Origin: Thermotogota bacterium | GTDB taxonomy: Bacteria > Thermotogota > Thermotogae > MWEM01 | Length of the DNA: 64,000 nt | Reading direction: 5' to 3' | NCBI GenBank assembly: GCA_036743375.1 | Contig: DAINPP010000001.1 | Span: forward strand, 80,154-144,153 | Shown: one piece after another, positions 17,865 through 26,831 of the stretch | Layout of the letters: every line of letters starts with the position of its first letter | Numbering within the stretch: the first letter of the stretch is position 1 | The notes under the pieces: model-generated | Databases searched by the model: none | Seen by the model: only the letters and a program-made list of their open reading frames with translations | What the model was told of the DNA's origin: nothing | Program-made: the position numbers and the translations under genes

Positions 17865-19907
17865 ATGATAAAAATAGTTGAAGGGACAGAGGAACTCGAG
17901 ATCTTTTTCAAAGACAGAAAATTAATAAAACATTCGGAAGGATTTCCCGCTTTTTCATTTGGAAACGGAAAGGCTGTTTTCGATATGTATCATGGAAATT
18001 TTGATATCAAAAACGCGCTTGAATCAAAATACCCTCTAAGGCATTTTGAAGTGATAGAGGCGGGGGAAAGAAATGCCATCATAAGGTTTTTCTATAACGG
18101 TTTGTGTCTGAAACTCCTCCTCAATGTAACAGATGAAGGATTGTTAGAACTCTTTCCACATTGCGAAGGGGGGACATTCAACAGATTCTGGATAAGGTTC
18201 TGTTCTCAGAAGGATGAAGCGGTTTACGGTTGTGGTGAACAGTATTCGGAGCTTAATTTAAAGGGAAAAAGAGTCCCTTTGTGGGTATCGGAGCAGGGGA
18301 TCGGTCGGAATAAAAACGAATTACTGACCTTCTTCGCGGATAAATTTGAAAGAGCAGGGGGAGACTGGTATACAACTTATTTCCCTCAACCCTCCTTTAT
18401 CACCTCTTCAGCTTTTTTCTGTCATGTTAATGATACCAGCTATATGGAATTCGACTTTACACCTGAAGATTATACAGAACTGGAAACATGGCACATTCCT
18501 TCAAAAATAGTCATTGGTGTTGAAGAGAATTTTTTAGAAACGGTTGAAAGCCAAAGTAAATATCTTGGATTACAGCCGGAGTTACCGGACTGGATATTTG
18601 ATGGTGTTATTCTTGGATTACAGGGTGGCACGGAAGTTGTTCTTCCAAAGGTGGAGCAGGCCATAGAAAAGAAGGTAAAAATTTCTGCCATGTGGATACA
18701 GGACTGGGAAGGGAAAAGAATCACAACTTTCGGAAAACAGCTTATGTGGGATTGGCATTATGAAAAAGAGATGTATCCAAATCTTCCGGAAACGATTAAG
18801 CAATTAAAGGAAAAGGGTATTCGTACGATGGGCTATATCAATCCTTTTCTCGCTACTGAAGGACAATTGTACAAAGAGGCACATGAAAAAGGCTATACCC
18901 TTAAAAACAATGCGGGAGAAGAATATCTCGTTGTCGTCACCACTTTTCCTGTTGCAATCGTGGACCTGACCAATCCGGATGCATATAACTGGCTAAAAGA
19001 GGTTATCAAATCGAATATGATAGGTATTGGGTTATCAGGCTGGATGGCTGATTTTGCCGAATACACCCCGACAGATTCTCACCCGTTCAGCGGGGAAGAT
19101 GCTGAATTACTTCACAACAGATTCCCGGTTTTATGGGCACAGTTAAACAGAGAAGCCGTTGAAGACTCCGGAAAGCTCGGAGAAGTTGTTTTTTTCATGC
19201 GGGCCGGTTACAGTTTTTCACAGAAGTATAATACGCTGATGTGGAGTGGGGATCAGATGGTAGACTGGAGTATTGACGATGGTCTTCCTTCCGTTATCCC
19301 ATCGGCCTTATCACTTGGGTTGAGTGGTTTTGGCATCTGTCATTCAGATATTGGCGGCTATACAACCATTGCCAATCAGATGGGAAATGTTCACCGATCT
19401 AAAGAACTTTTTATGAGATGGACCGAACAATCGGCCTTTTCTCCGGTTATGAGAACACATGAGGGAAACAGACCCGATTTAAATATTCAGTTTGATTCAG
19501 ATGATGAAATACTGGAACATTTTGCAGAGATGATCAGAATACACGTGAAGATGAAAAAATACCTGATGTATCTCAACGTTGAAAATGCAGAAAAGGGGTT
19601 ACCCTTCATGCGATCTTTGTACATGCACTATTCCAGTACGGCAAAAGCCGAAGAATATGGATTAAAAGATATTAAATATCAGTATCTTCTCGGCCGGGAT
19701 CTCCTGGTATGTCCGGTTATTGAGCCTGGACAGACAAGAAAAACCGTTTTGTTACCTGAAGATCGCTGGTTGAATATCTGGACAGGGGAAGAATATGAAC
19801 ACGGTATTTATGAAGTAAGCTCGCCTTTAAGAAGGCCCCCGGTTTTTGTGAGAAAAGAATCGGAATTCAAGGATTTTTTCTTGAAGTTGAAGGAGGAAAA
19901 CCAATGA
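17865..19907 (+). CDS. Glycoside hydrolase family 31. Candidate sulfoquinovosidase (YihQ-like).
   Basis: GH31 nucleophile motif GWMADFAEYTP, acid/base motif MWSGDQ, and HSDIGGYTT with Tyr (alpha-glucosidases have Phe here). QDWEGKR...GKQLMWDW region. Confidence 0.8.
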   Translation: MIKIVEGTEELEIFFKDRKLIKHSEGFPAFSFGNGKAVFDMYHGNFDIKNALESKYPLRHFEVIEAGERNAIIRFFYNGLCLKLLLNVTDEGLLELFPHCEGGTFNRFWIRFCSQKDEAVYGCGEQYSELNLKGKRVPLWVSEQGIGRNKNELLTFFADKFERAGGDWYTTYFPQPSFITSSAFFCHVNDTSYMEFDFTPEDYTELETWHIPSKIVIGVEENFLETVESQSKYLGLQPELPDWIFDGVILGLQGGTEVVLPKVEQAIEKKVKISAMWIQDWEGKRITTFGKQLMWDWHYEKEMYPNLPETIKQLKEKGIRTMGYINPFLATEGQLYKEAHEKGYTLKNNAGEEYLVVVTTFPVAIVDLTNPDAYNWLKEVIKSNMIGIGLSGWMADFAEYTPTDSHPFSGEDAELLHNRFPVLWAQLNREAVEDSGKLGEVVFFMRAGYSFSQKYNTLMWSGDQMVDWSIDDGLPSVIPSALSLGLSGFGICHSDIGGYTTIANQMGNVHRSKELFMRWTEQSAFSPVMRTHEGNRPDLNIQFDSDDEILEHFAEMIRIHVKMKKYLMYLNVENAEKGLPFMRSLYMHYSSTAKAEEYGLKDIKYQYLLGRDLLVCPVIEPGQTRKTVLLPEDRWLNIWTGEEYEHGIYEVSSPLRRPPVFVRKESEFKDFFLKLKEENQ

Positions 19908-20377
19908 AAAAAATTGTTATTGGAGCCGATAAGTCGGGATTTACACTTAAAGAGGCATTAAAAGAGCATCTTTTTGAGCAGGGATATGAGGTTGAAGATC
20001 TTGGCATGAAGACACCGGAAGATTTTCAGGCTTATTATGAAGTTGCCCCAAAGGTAGCCCGAAAGATACAGGCGGGGGAGTACGAAAAGGGACTACTCTG
20101 CTGCGGAACCGGAATGGGAATGGCAATCGTCGCCAATAAATTCAAAGGGATCTATGCCGCAGTCGTTGAAGGCAGTTACGGGGCAAAGATGTGCAAAGTC
20201 ATCAACAACGCAAACATTCTGACAATGGGTGGCTGGAAACTGGCTCCTCAGGAAGCCATAGACATGCTTGACAGATGGCTGAATACGGAATTTCTTGAAG
20301 GCTTTGAATTTAAAAAGGATTTTCTTACAAATGCTTTTGAGGAAGTTAAAAGGATAGAAGATGAAAATTTCAAGTAA
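19904..20377 (+). CDS. RpiB/LacA/LacB-family sugar(-phosphate) isomerase. Candidate 4-deoxy-4-sulfoerythrose isomerase of the SqwI type.
   Basis: KIVIGADKSGF and CCGTGMGMAIVANK motifs diagnostic of the RpiB family. AAGGAGG RBS. Overlaps the GH31 stop by 4 nt. Confidence 0.85.
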   Translation: MKKIVIGADKSGFTLKEALKEHLFEQGYEVEDLGMKTPEDFQAYYEVAPKVARKIQAGEYEKGLLCCGTGMGMAIVANKFKGIYAAVVEGSYGAKMCKVINNANILTMGGWKLAPQEAIDMLDRWLNTEFLEGFEFKKDFLTNAFEEVKRIEDENFK

Positions 20378-20391
20378 TTGATATAAAATAA

Positions 20392-20442
20392 AAGAGATTT
20401 CTTTTGGCCTTCCTCGCCGGTTGAAGTCTCTTTTTCTTTTTA
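20392..20442 (+). terminator. Rho-independent terminator closing the sugar operon
   Basis: Stem AAGAGATTTC...GAAGTCTCTT (one mismatch) followed by TTTTTCTTTTT. Confidence 0.7.
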
Positions 20443-20485
20443 TCTATACAATTTTATTAAAATATTTCTTCTAAAAAGCAAAATA

Positions 20486-20494
20486 TGATATAAT
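20486..20494 (+). promoter_or_regulatory. Extended -10 (TGATATAAT) of the smc promoter
   Basis: TGnTATAAT about 100 nt upstream of the smc start. Confidence 0.4.
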
Positions 20495-20595
20495 TTTTAG
20501 TGATACTGGGTAGAACAAAATTCTTATCTTAAGTACCAGGTTAAATTTTCTTTTGGGGTTGTGTAACTCCTGGGGATGATGTGGGGGACATCATA

Positions 20596-23500
20596 ATGAA
20601 ATTAAAAAATATTCATCTTGAAGGTTTTAAATCTTTTGCAAGACCGGTTGATCTCGATCTTACCGATGGAATTAATTCCATTGTGGGGCCAAACGGGAGT
20701 GGTAAATCCAATATAGTCGATGCCATTTTGTGGGTTTATGGTGAACATTCGATGAAAAATATCAGGGCAAATGATAAGACAGATGTCATTTTCTCCGGCT
20801 CTGATGGTTCTTCTCCTGCTTCAAGAGCTGTTGCCACGCTTACTTTCGAAAGAGATGATCATTCAGATCTTTCTATCTCCCGTGAACTATACCGAAACGG
20901 AAAAAACACTTATTATCTGAATGGAGAGAAGGCAAGATTGAATGATATTAAGGATATCTTTGCCGGAACCGGTGCTGGAAAGGAACTCTACTCGATAGTA
21001 AGTCAGGGAAGGGTGGATAAGATATTAAATTCTTCACCAGAAGAGATAAGGCTTCTTGTGGAAGAAGCTGCAGGTATTGCTGTTTACAAAAAGAAGAAAA
21101 AGGAAACAATTTCAAAGATAGAATCTACTGACGATAACCTTTCCCGCGTTGTTGATATCCTGAACGAACTCTCAAAGCAGAAGAAATCGCTTTATCTGAA
21201 AGCCAAAAGAGCCGAGAAGTATATTGAGTATTCCGGAGAGTTAAAGGAAGGACAGCATAAGCTTTTTTCCCATTTAAATCAGAAATGGATGGATAAGAAG
21301 GATGATTTATACGCAGAAATAGAAACCAATAAGAAGAGAATACAGGAAATTCAAAAGGAACTGATCAAGACTGAAAGTGTCTACCATGAATTGCGAGATA
21401 GTTATGATGATTCAGATAAGGAGATGGAAGGGGTAACTTCAGTCTTAGAAGAATACAAAGAGCGTCAGAATCATTTGAACGAGACACGTACGATGTATGC
21501 AAAGAACCTTTCGGAAAAGGAATCCAAATATGTGGAATACGTCACTAAGCTCGATTCTTTGAAAGAACAGGATGAAAAATTAAACAACAGAAAAAGTGAA
21601 CTTGATATGTTGCTTGAAACAATCATAGATAATCTGGACAAGATTACCATTCAGCTGGCGGAGAAGAAGAAAGCCAAAGAGGAAATTACGGAAAATTGTA
21701 CGGAAGAAGAACAGGCCATACTTGAACTTCAACAGAATCTTGAAAGCGCCGAAAGGGAATTTGGCAAGCTTGAAAATGAGTATTTACGACTCGAAGACTC
21801 TATAGAAGACAACGAAAAAAGGATTATCGTTATAAAAAACCAGCTTGAGCAGAAGAAGGAAAGACTTGAAGGACTCCTTACCGAGCTGGATGAATTGAGG
21901 AACAGAGGTTCGGATAGTTCCATGAAGGAAGCCGAATTGAAAGATGAACTCGAAATGGTCAAGGAAAGGCTTATAGAAGTAGAAAAGACGCTCAGGGATA
22001 TAGAAGAAAAAAAATACTCGGACATTCAGAAGGAAAAGCATCTTGATGCCGAAAGGGCCGTTCTTGAAAGACAGATTAAGGAATTTTCAGGATATTCAAG
22101 ATCTGTAAAGGCTCTTTTTGTAAAAAAACAGAAAGATGAAAATCTGAGAAACATGATAGATGTTCTCGCAAACCTCATAGAATTCGATAGGGAATACGAG
22201 ACCGCTTTTGAGGTGTTGATAGGCAGTCGGGCACAGAATATCGTTACAAAAGATGCCGATACGGCTAAATATGCCGTTAATATCTTAAAATCAGAAGATC
22301 TCGGAAGGGCTACTTTCCTTCCACTCGATATTCTGCGTGTCAAACCGGTATTGCAGGGAGCCAGGTTTGAAAATCATCCCGGCTTTGTGGGTTACGCATC
22401 CGAACTGGTAAGAACGGGCGAAGAGTTCGTACAGCTTCCACTCTACCTGTTTACAGATACCATATTGGTAAAAACGATTGATGATGGTCTGGATCTTAAG
22501 AAAAAATATGGGGTCTCGAATCAGATCGTTTCCCTTGATGGACAACTGATTGCCTCGAGAGGTGCCATCACCGGCGGAAGCTTGAAAATAGACCGTAAAG
22601 GCTCATTTATTTCAAGAACAGCAAGGCTTTCAGAAATAAACGAAGAACTTGAAAGTCTCAGTAAAAAGATCATCTCCTTGGAAAATCGTGAAAGGGAACA
22701 AAAGGATGAGCAGGATCAGATCATCAGATTAAAGAGGACTCTGGACGATGAATTGAATGAGATAATGCTCAAGAACGCATCTATCAGACGAACACTTCAG
22801 AGCCTTACGAGCGAAATTGGGGAACTGGATAAAGAAGTTACCGATCTTGAAAAATTGAATGTTGATTACAGCGCAAAAATAGCGGGATCTAAAGCAAGAC
22901 AAGGGATCATCGTCGAAGAAAAGGCCGAATACTCTTCTGAAATTCGTATCTCTTCCGAGAAACTCTCCAAGGTGAGTCAGACGATAAGGGAGAAGAGGGC
23001 CGAACTTCAGATACTGAATGAACAGATCACGGATATCCGGCTCGAAGTGAATTCAAATTCCGACAGAAAGAAACAATATACATCCGAGCTAAACGATATT
23101 TATGAAACGTTGCGAAAAAACAGGGATGTAGAAGGGGATTGTAAATTTAACCTTGAGCACATAGAAAAGGCGCTTACAGGTGAAAAAGAAAGAGTAGAAG
23201 AACTGGATATCGAATTGAAGAGCCTGAAAAGCGAGATTTCCAAACTGTTTGAAAACATGAAATACCAGCAGGAAGATCGGCAGAATATGGCAAACCAGAT
23301 CAAGGATTTTGAAACGACACTGGAAAACCTCAGAAATGAACGGGCAACGTTGAGAGATAACGAGCATCACTATGATTTAAAATCACAGGAGATAGAGTAC
23401 AATGTTCAGTCTCTCATCGAGAAGATGATAAACGCCGATATAAAAACTGAAGATCTTGAGGCGGTTAAACTTGATGAAATCGAAGAAAGGTCGATTACGG

Positions 23501-24138
23501 AATTTGTCGATCAACTTGAAAATAAAATAAAATATCTCGGGGCAGTTGATTTAAATGCCATCGAAGAATACAACGAAATCGAAGCGAGATACGTCGATAT
23601 GGATTCTCAGAAACAGGATCTTGAGGCGGCAAGGGCTTCACTTGAAGAATTGCTTGAGCAAACGGATTCAGAGGCCAAGAAGATCTTTATGGAAACCTTC
23701 AATTTGATCAATAAATACTTCAATGAGATGATCCAAATCCTTTTTGGCGGCGGAAATGGTGTATTGAAGATCCTTCCGGATAACGATTTACTTGAAACGG
23801 GTATAGAAATTTCGGTAAAAAGACCTGGGAAACGTTCTCAGAAGATGTATCTGCTTTCCGGTGGGGAAAAGTCACTCGTCGGTATTGCACTGGTATTCTC
23901 CATGCTGAAGATCAGCCCCTCTCCTTTTTATATTCTGGACGAGGTCGATGCGGCACTTGATGATTTTAACGCCGAAAGACTTAAAAATCTGATCCATGAA
24001 AATAAGCATCTCTCACAGTTTATCGTAATCACCCATAATAAACTGGTTATGGAAATAGCGGATATTCTTTACGGTATCACACAATCCAATGGAATTTCTA
24101 TGGTTATGACGGTGGAACTTGAACAGTATGCAATCTAA
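20596..24138 (+). CDS. smc: Chromosome segregation protein SMC
   Basis: N-terminal Walker A (GPNGSGKSNIVDAI), long coiled coils with hinge, and C-terminal signature LSGGEKSL plus Walker B ILDEVDAALD. ATG at 20596 after a GGGGGA RBS. Confidence 0.92.
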   Translation: MKLKNIHLEGFKSFARPVDLDLTDGINSIVGPNGSGKSNIVDAILWVYGEHSMKNIRANDKTDVIFSGSDGSSPASRAVATLTFERDDHSDLSISRELYRNGKNTYYLNGEKARLNDIKDIFAGTGAGKELYSIVSQGRVDKILNSSPEEIRLLVEEAAGIAVYKKKKKETISKIESTDDNLSRVVDILNELSKQKKSLYLKAKRAEKYIEYSGELKEGQHKLFSHLNQKWMDKKDDLYAEIETNKKRIQEIQKELIKTESVYHELRDSYDDSDKEMEGVTSVLEEYKERQNHLNETRTMYAKNLSEKESKYVEYVTKLDSLKEQDEKLNNRKSELDMLLETIIDNLDKITIQLAEKKKAKEEITENCTEEEQAILELQQNLESAEREFGKLENEYLRLEDSIEDNEKRIIVIKNQLEQKKERLEGLLTELDELRNRGSDSSMKEAELKDELEMVKERLIEVEKTLRDIEEKKYSDIQKEKHLDAERAVLERQIKEFSGYSRSVKALFVKKQKDENLRNMIDVLANLIEFDREYETAFEVLIGSRAQNIVTKDADTAKYAVNILKSEDLGRATFLPLDILRVKPVLQGARFENHPGFVGYASELVRTGEEFVQLPLYLFTDTILVKTIDDGLDLKKKYGVSNQIVSLDGQLIASRGAITGGSLKIDRKGSFISRTARLSEINEELESLSKKIISLENREREQKDEQDQIIRLKRTLDDELNEIMLKNASIRRTLQSLTSEIGELDKEVTDLEKLNVDYSAKIAGSKARQGIIVEEKAEYSSEIRISSEKLSKVSQTIREKRAELQILNEQITDIRLEVNSNSDRKKQYTSELNDIYETLRKNRDVEGDCKFNLEHIEKALTGEKERVEELDIELKSLKSEISKLFENMKYQQEDRQNMANQIKDFETTLENLRNERATLRDNEHHYDLKSQEIEYNVQSLIEKMINADIKTEDLEAVKLDEIEERSITEFVDQLENKIKYLGAVDLNAIEEYNEIEARYVDMDSQKQDLEAARASLEELLEQTDSEAKKIFMETFNLINKYFNEMIQILFGGGNGVLKILPDNDLLETGIEISVKRPGKRSQKMYLLSGGEKSLVGIALVFSMLKISPSPFYILDEVDAALDDFNAERLKNLIHENKHLSQFIVITHNKLVMEIADILYGITQSNGISMVMTVELEQYAI

Positions 24139-25081
24139 AGACAACAGGAATAATGAAACCGATTATATAGAAATTAAGGTAAACGAATTATGTGTTGGTG
24201 AACGGCTCGATAGCTTTGTGGTAAAAAATACACCTGAATGGGTTTCAAGGAATCTGATCCAAACCGCAATCAAAGAAAGAAAAATTTTTGTGAATTCTGT
24301 CTCAAAAAAGCAATCCTATAAAGTCAAATTTGGTGAAACAGTTGTACTTGAAGTCCCGTCGAAACCAGAAATTACCGTAGAACCGGAAAATATTCCACTC
24401 AATATCATCTATGAAGATGAAGATATCATCGTGATTAATAAACCGGCAAATATGATCGTCCACCCTGTCCCCAACAACACTTCCGGAACGCTTGTAAATG
24501 CGCTTTTGTATCATTTCAAACAGTTTCAGGACTGGGAAGATCTTGAAAGACCTGGGATTGTACACAGACTTGATAAAGATACTTCCGGTGCCATTATCGT
24601 GGCAAAAAATCAGAAAGCACTTAAGAATCTCTCGGAACAATTTCATGATAGAAAAAATAAAAAGGAATATATAACCATCGTGGAGGGAATAATCGAAAAA
24701 GATAGAGGTCAAATAGAAAAGCCTCTCGCCAGAAATCAGAAAAACAGAATAAAGATGGCTGTTGATTATTCCGGAAAATATGCACTATCCTATTATACGG
24801 TATTAAAGAGATTTTCCGATACAGCAACGCTTGTAATGGTTCAGATAAAAACCGGCAGGACGCATCAGATAAGGGTTCACATGAAGAGCATCGGACATCC
24901 GGTGCTTGGAGACGAGATTTATGCGTTCAGGGACTCGACCCCTGAAAAGTATGATTGCAAAAGACAGATGCTACATGCTTTGAAACTTGGAATATTCCAC
25001 CCATCAAGTGGAGAATGGATGGAATTTATCGCACCGCTTCATGAGGATTTCAAAGCGGTCATAAGATCTTTGAATGCTTAA
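24128..25081 (+). CDS. rluD: RluA/RluD-family 23S rRNA pseudouridine synthase
   Basis: N-terminal S4-like domain and catalytic HRLDKDTSGAIIVAKN motif. Overlaps the smc 3' end. Confidence 0.85.
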   Translation: MQSKDNRNNETDYIEIKVNELCVGERLDSFVVKNTPEWVSRNLIQTAIKERKIFVNSVSKKQSYKVKFGETVVLEVPSKPEITVEPENIPLNIIYEDEDIIVINKPANMIVHPVPNNTSGTLVNALLYHFKQFQDWEDLERPGIVHRLDKDTSGAIIVAKNQKALKNLSEQFHDRKNKKEYITIVEGIIEKDRGQIEKPLARNQKNRIKMAVDYSGKYALSYYTVLKRFSDTATLVMVQIKTGRTHQIRVHMKSIGHPVLGDEIYAFRDSTPEKYDCKRQMLHALKLGIFHPSSGEWMEFIAPLHEDFKAVIRSLNA

Positions 25082-25083
25082 GG

Positions 25084-25686
25084 TTAAGAATTTATCTTCT
25101 GTATGGTTGCATCATAAATGATATTTAATCCAACCGAATTGAAGCCACCTTCGGGAAGAATCAAATCGGCATAGTATTTTTGTGGTTCAACAAAGCTTTT
25201 AAACGATGGTGCAACATACTTTCTATATTGACCGATGATACTCTCGATTGAGCGATTCCTCTCTTTCATGTCTCGTTCTATACGTCTGAGAAGTCTTTCA
25301 TCATCTGGGGTATCGATGAAAACGGAAAGGTCAAAGAGGCTTCTGAAGCGTTCTTCATACAACACGAGTATACCTTCCACTATCACAACATCTTTCGGAG
25401 AGACTTCATGAAAAATCCCCGGCTCCCTGCGGTAAGTGATAAAGCTGTAATCCGGAACTTGTACCGGATTACCATTCTTCAGCTCATTAATATGTTTATA
25501 GAACAGATCAAAATCGAAAGCGACTGGTGAATCAAAATTCACATCCTGCGGACTTGTTCCCGGTGGGAGATCTTTATAGTAATTGTCCATCTTTATCAAG
25601 GTGCTTCTCTCTTTTAGCCTGCTGTTTATCTTCCGTGCAACGGTTGTCTTACCGGAACCACTTCCGCCAATGATAGCGATCATCAA
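25084..25686 (-). CDS. udk: Uridine kinase
   Basis: P-loop IIGGSGSGKTTVA. About 200 aa. Confidence 0.9.
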   Translation of the reverse strand: MMIAIIGGSGSGKTTVARKINSRLKERSTLIKMDNYYKDLPPGTSPQDVNFDSPVAFDFDLFYKHINELKNGNPVQVPDYSFITYRREPGIFHEVSPKDVVIVEGILVLYEERFRSLFDLSVFIDTPDDERLLRRIERDMKERNRSIESIIGQYRKYVAPSFKSFVEPQKYYADLILPEGGFNSVGLNIIYDATIQKINS

Positions 25687-26750
25687 GGCAAATCACACTC
25701 CCATATCTCCTGTTCTGTCAAGAAAGGATCGAATATCTCATGCTTTCCATAATTAAAGAGAATATTCGAATCTTTGAATTCATCAATAATTTTCCTTGCC
25801 GCTTCGATCCTCTTGGATTTTATCATCGGAACAACAAGCCAGAGCTTGAGAAACGAAGGACCTTCATGCTTGATCAAATATTCCTGAATCCCGTTTTCAA
25901 CCACATCGTATTTCTCTTTTTTTAAATTTACCGAAGCCCATATCTCCATTTCAGTTGGATTTTGAGGTTTTGTCTTTTCTATTTCATCCTCATAAGTCAT
26001 CGCCTCTTTCAAATCACCATTTGCCGTAAGAAGTGAGACCAGATTTATCTTGCCCATTAAATGATTCGGGTATCTCATGATCATCTGCTTCAAAACACGT
26101 ATTGCAGAAGCGTTATCCTTGAGATTAAGATAAGAATCGACAAGTGTAAAATAAGATATGATATCGTCCGGATTGAGTTTTATCATCTTTTTCCAGATAT
26201 CAACAGCCTTTTCGTACTCTTTTCTGTTAAAATAAGCCTGAGCCAATGTAGAAAGGGGCTCAACCATTTCATCGTCTAGTTCCACCGCTTTTTGAAGATA
26301 AACGATACTCCCTTCTATATCACCCATATCATATTTCACCGTTCCAAGTAAATCATAGCCATAAGCAGAATCTTTGTCTAATTTTATCAACAACTCGGCA
26401 TATTGCTCAACAAGATCGTTGTCATCATTCAATAAAGCCTCATTTGCGAGATCATACAAAACGTCGAGATCACATTGATTATGGAGATTAGACAGATTGA
26501 TTTTTGCCGTCTCAAAAAAACCGACTATTTCTGTCGGTGTGGTAGGCAAAAAGAGAGCACTGCCTATTGCCGGAAAGGCTTCCTCTATTCTCTTCGCGCA
26601 TAAGATATTTTCAGCAATGAAAGCATTTTCTTCCGATATGCCAAGAAACTCATCCCATTTTCCGTAAAAAAGAAGATCACGAATCACGAAAAAATAGGGA
26701 GTCCATTCATCAATCAGGATATCACTCTGATTATGAAGAATTTTAATCAT
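25683..26750 (-). CDS. Tetratricopeptide-repeat protein
   Basis: Multiple TPR-like A/Y/L-periodic helices (EAMTYEDE..., YFNRKEYEKAVDIWKKMIKLNP...). Confidence 0.6.
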   Translation of the reverse strand: MIKILHNQSDILIDEWTPYFFVIRDLLFYGKWDEFLGISEENAFIAENILCAKRIEEAFPAIGSALFLPTTPTEIVGFFETAKINLSNLHNQCDLDVLYDLANEALLNDDNDLVEQYAELLIKLDKDSAYGYDLLGTVKYDMGDIEGSIVYLQKAVELDDEMVEPLSTLAQAYFNRKEYEKAVDIWKKMIKLNPDDIISYFTLVDSYLNLKDNASAIRVLKQMIMRYPNHLMGKINLVSLLTANGDLKEAMTYEDEIEKTKPQNPTEMEIWASVNLKKEKYDVVENGIQEYLIKHEGPSFLKLWLVVPMIKSKRIEAARKIIDEFKDSNILFNYGKHEIFDPFLTEQEIWECDLP

Positions 26751-26831
26751 CGTATCACTCCTTTACTATTAAGCTGTTCTTAATCATTATAACACGAAGA
26801 AAATGTAGTTATACATATAGATAATAAAACT

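Noticed and set aside
17865-19907. GH31 as an ordinary alpha-glucosidase or alpha-xylosidase of a maltodextrin or xyloglucan operon
   Set aside because: Not fully excluded. Disfavoured because of the Tyr in HSDIGGY, and because the operon contains a transketolase, an RpiB and an Fe-ADH rather than sugar kinases or phosphorylases.
21729-23370. Numerous 60-105 aa antisense or alternate-frame ORFs from the six-frame track lying inside smc, mutS, dxs, metH, the ADH and other genes
   Set aside because: They lie fully inside strongly supported genes, have low-complexity S/F/L-rich translations typical of antisense AT-rich DNA, and lack RBSs.
20596-24138. SMC protein as part of a defence system (Wadjet- or Lamassu-like)
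   Set aside because: Full-length canonical condensin SMC (1185 aa, with hinge, Walker A/B and signature motif) flanked by rluD and udk. No JetABCD or Lamassu partner genes.
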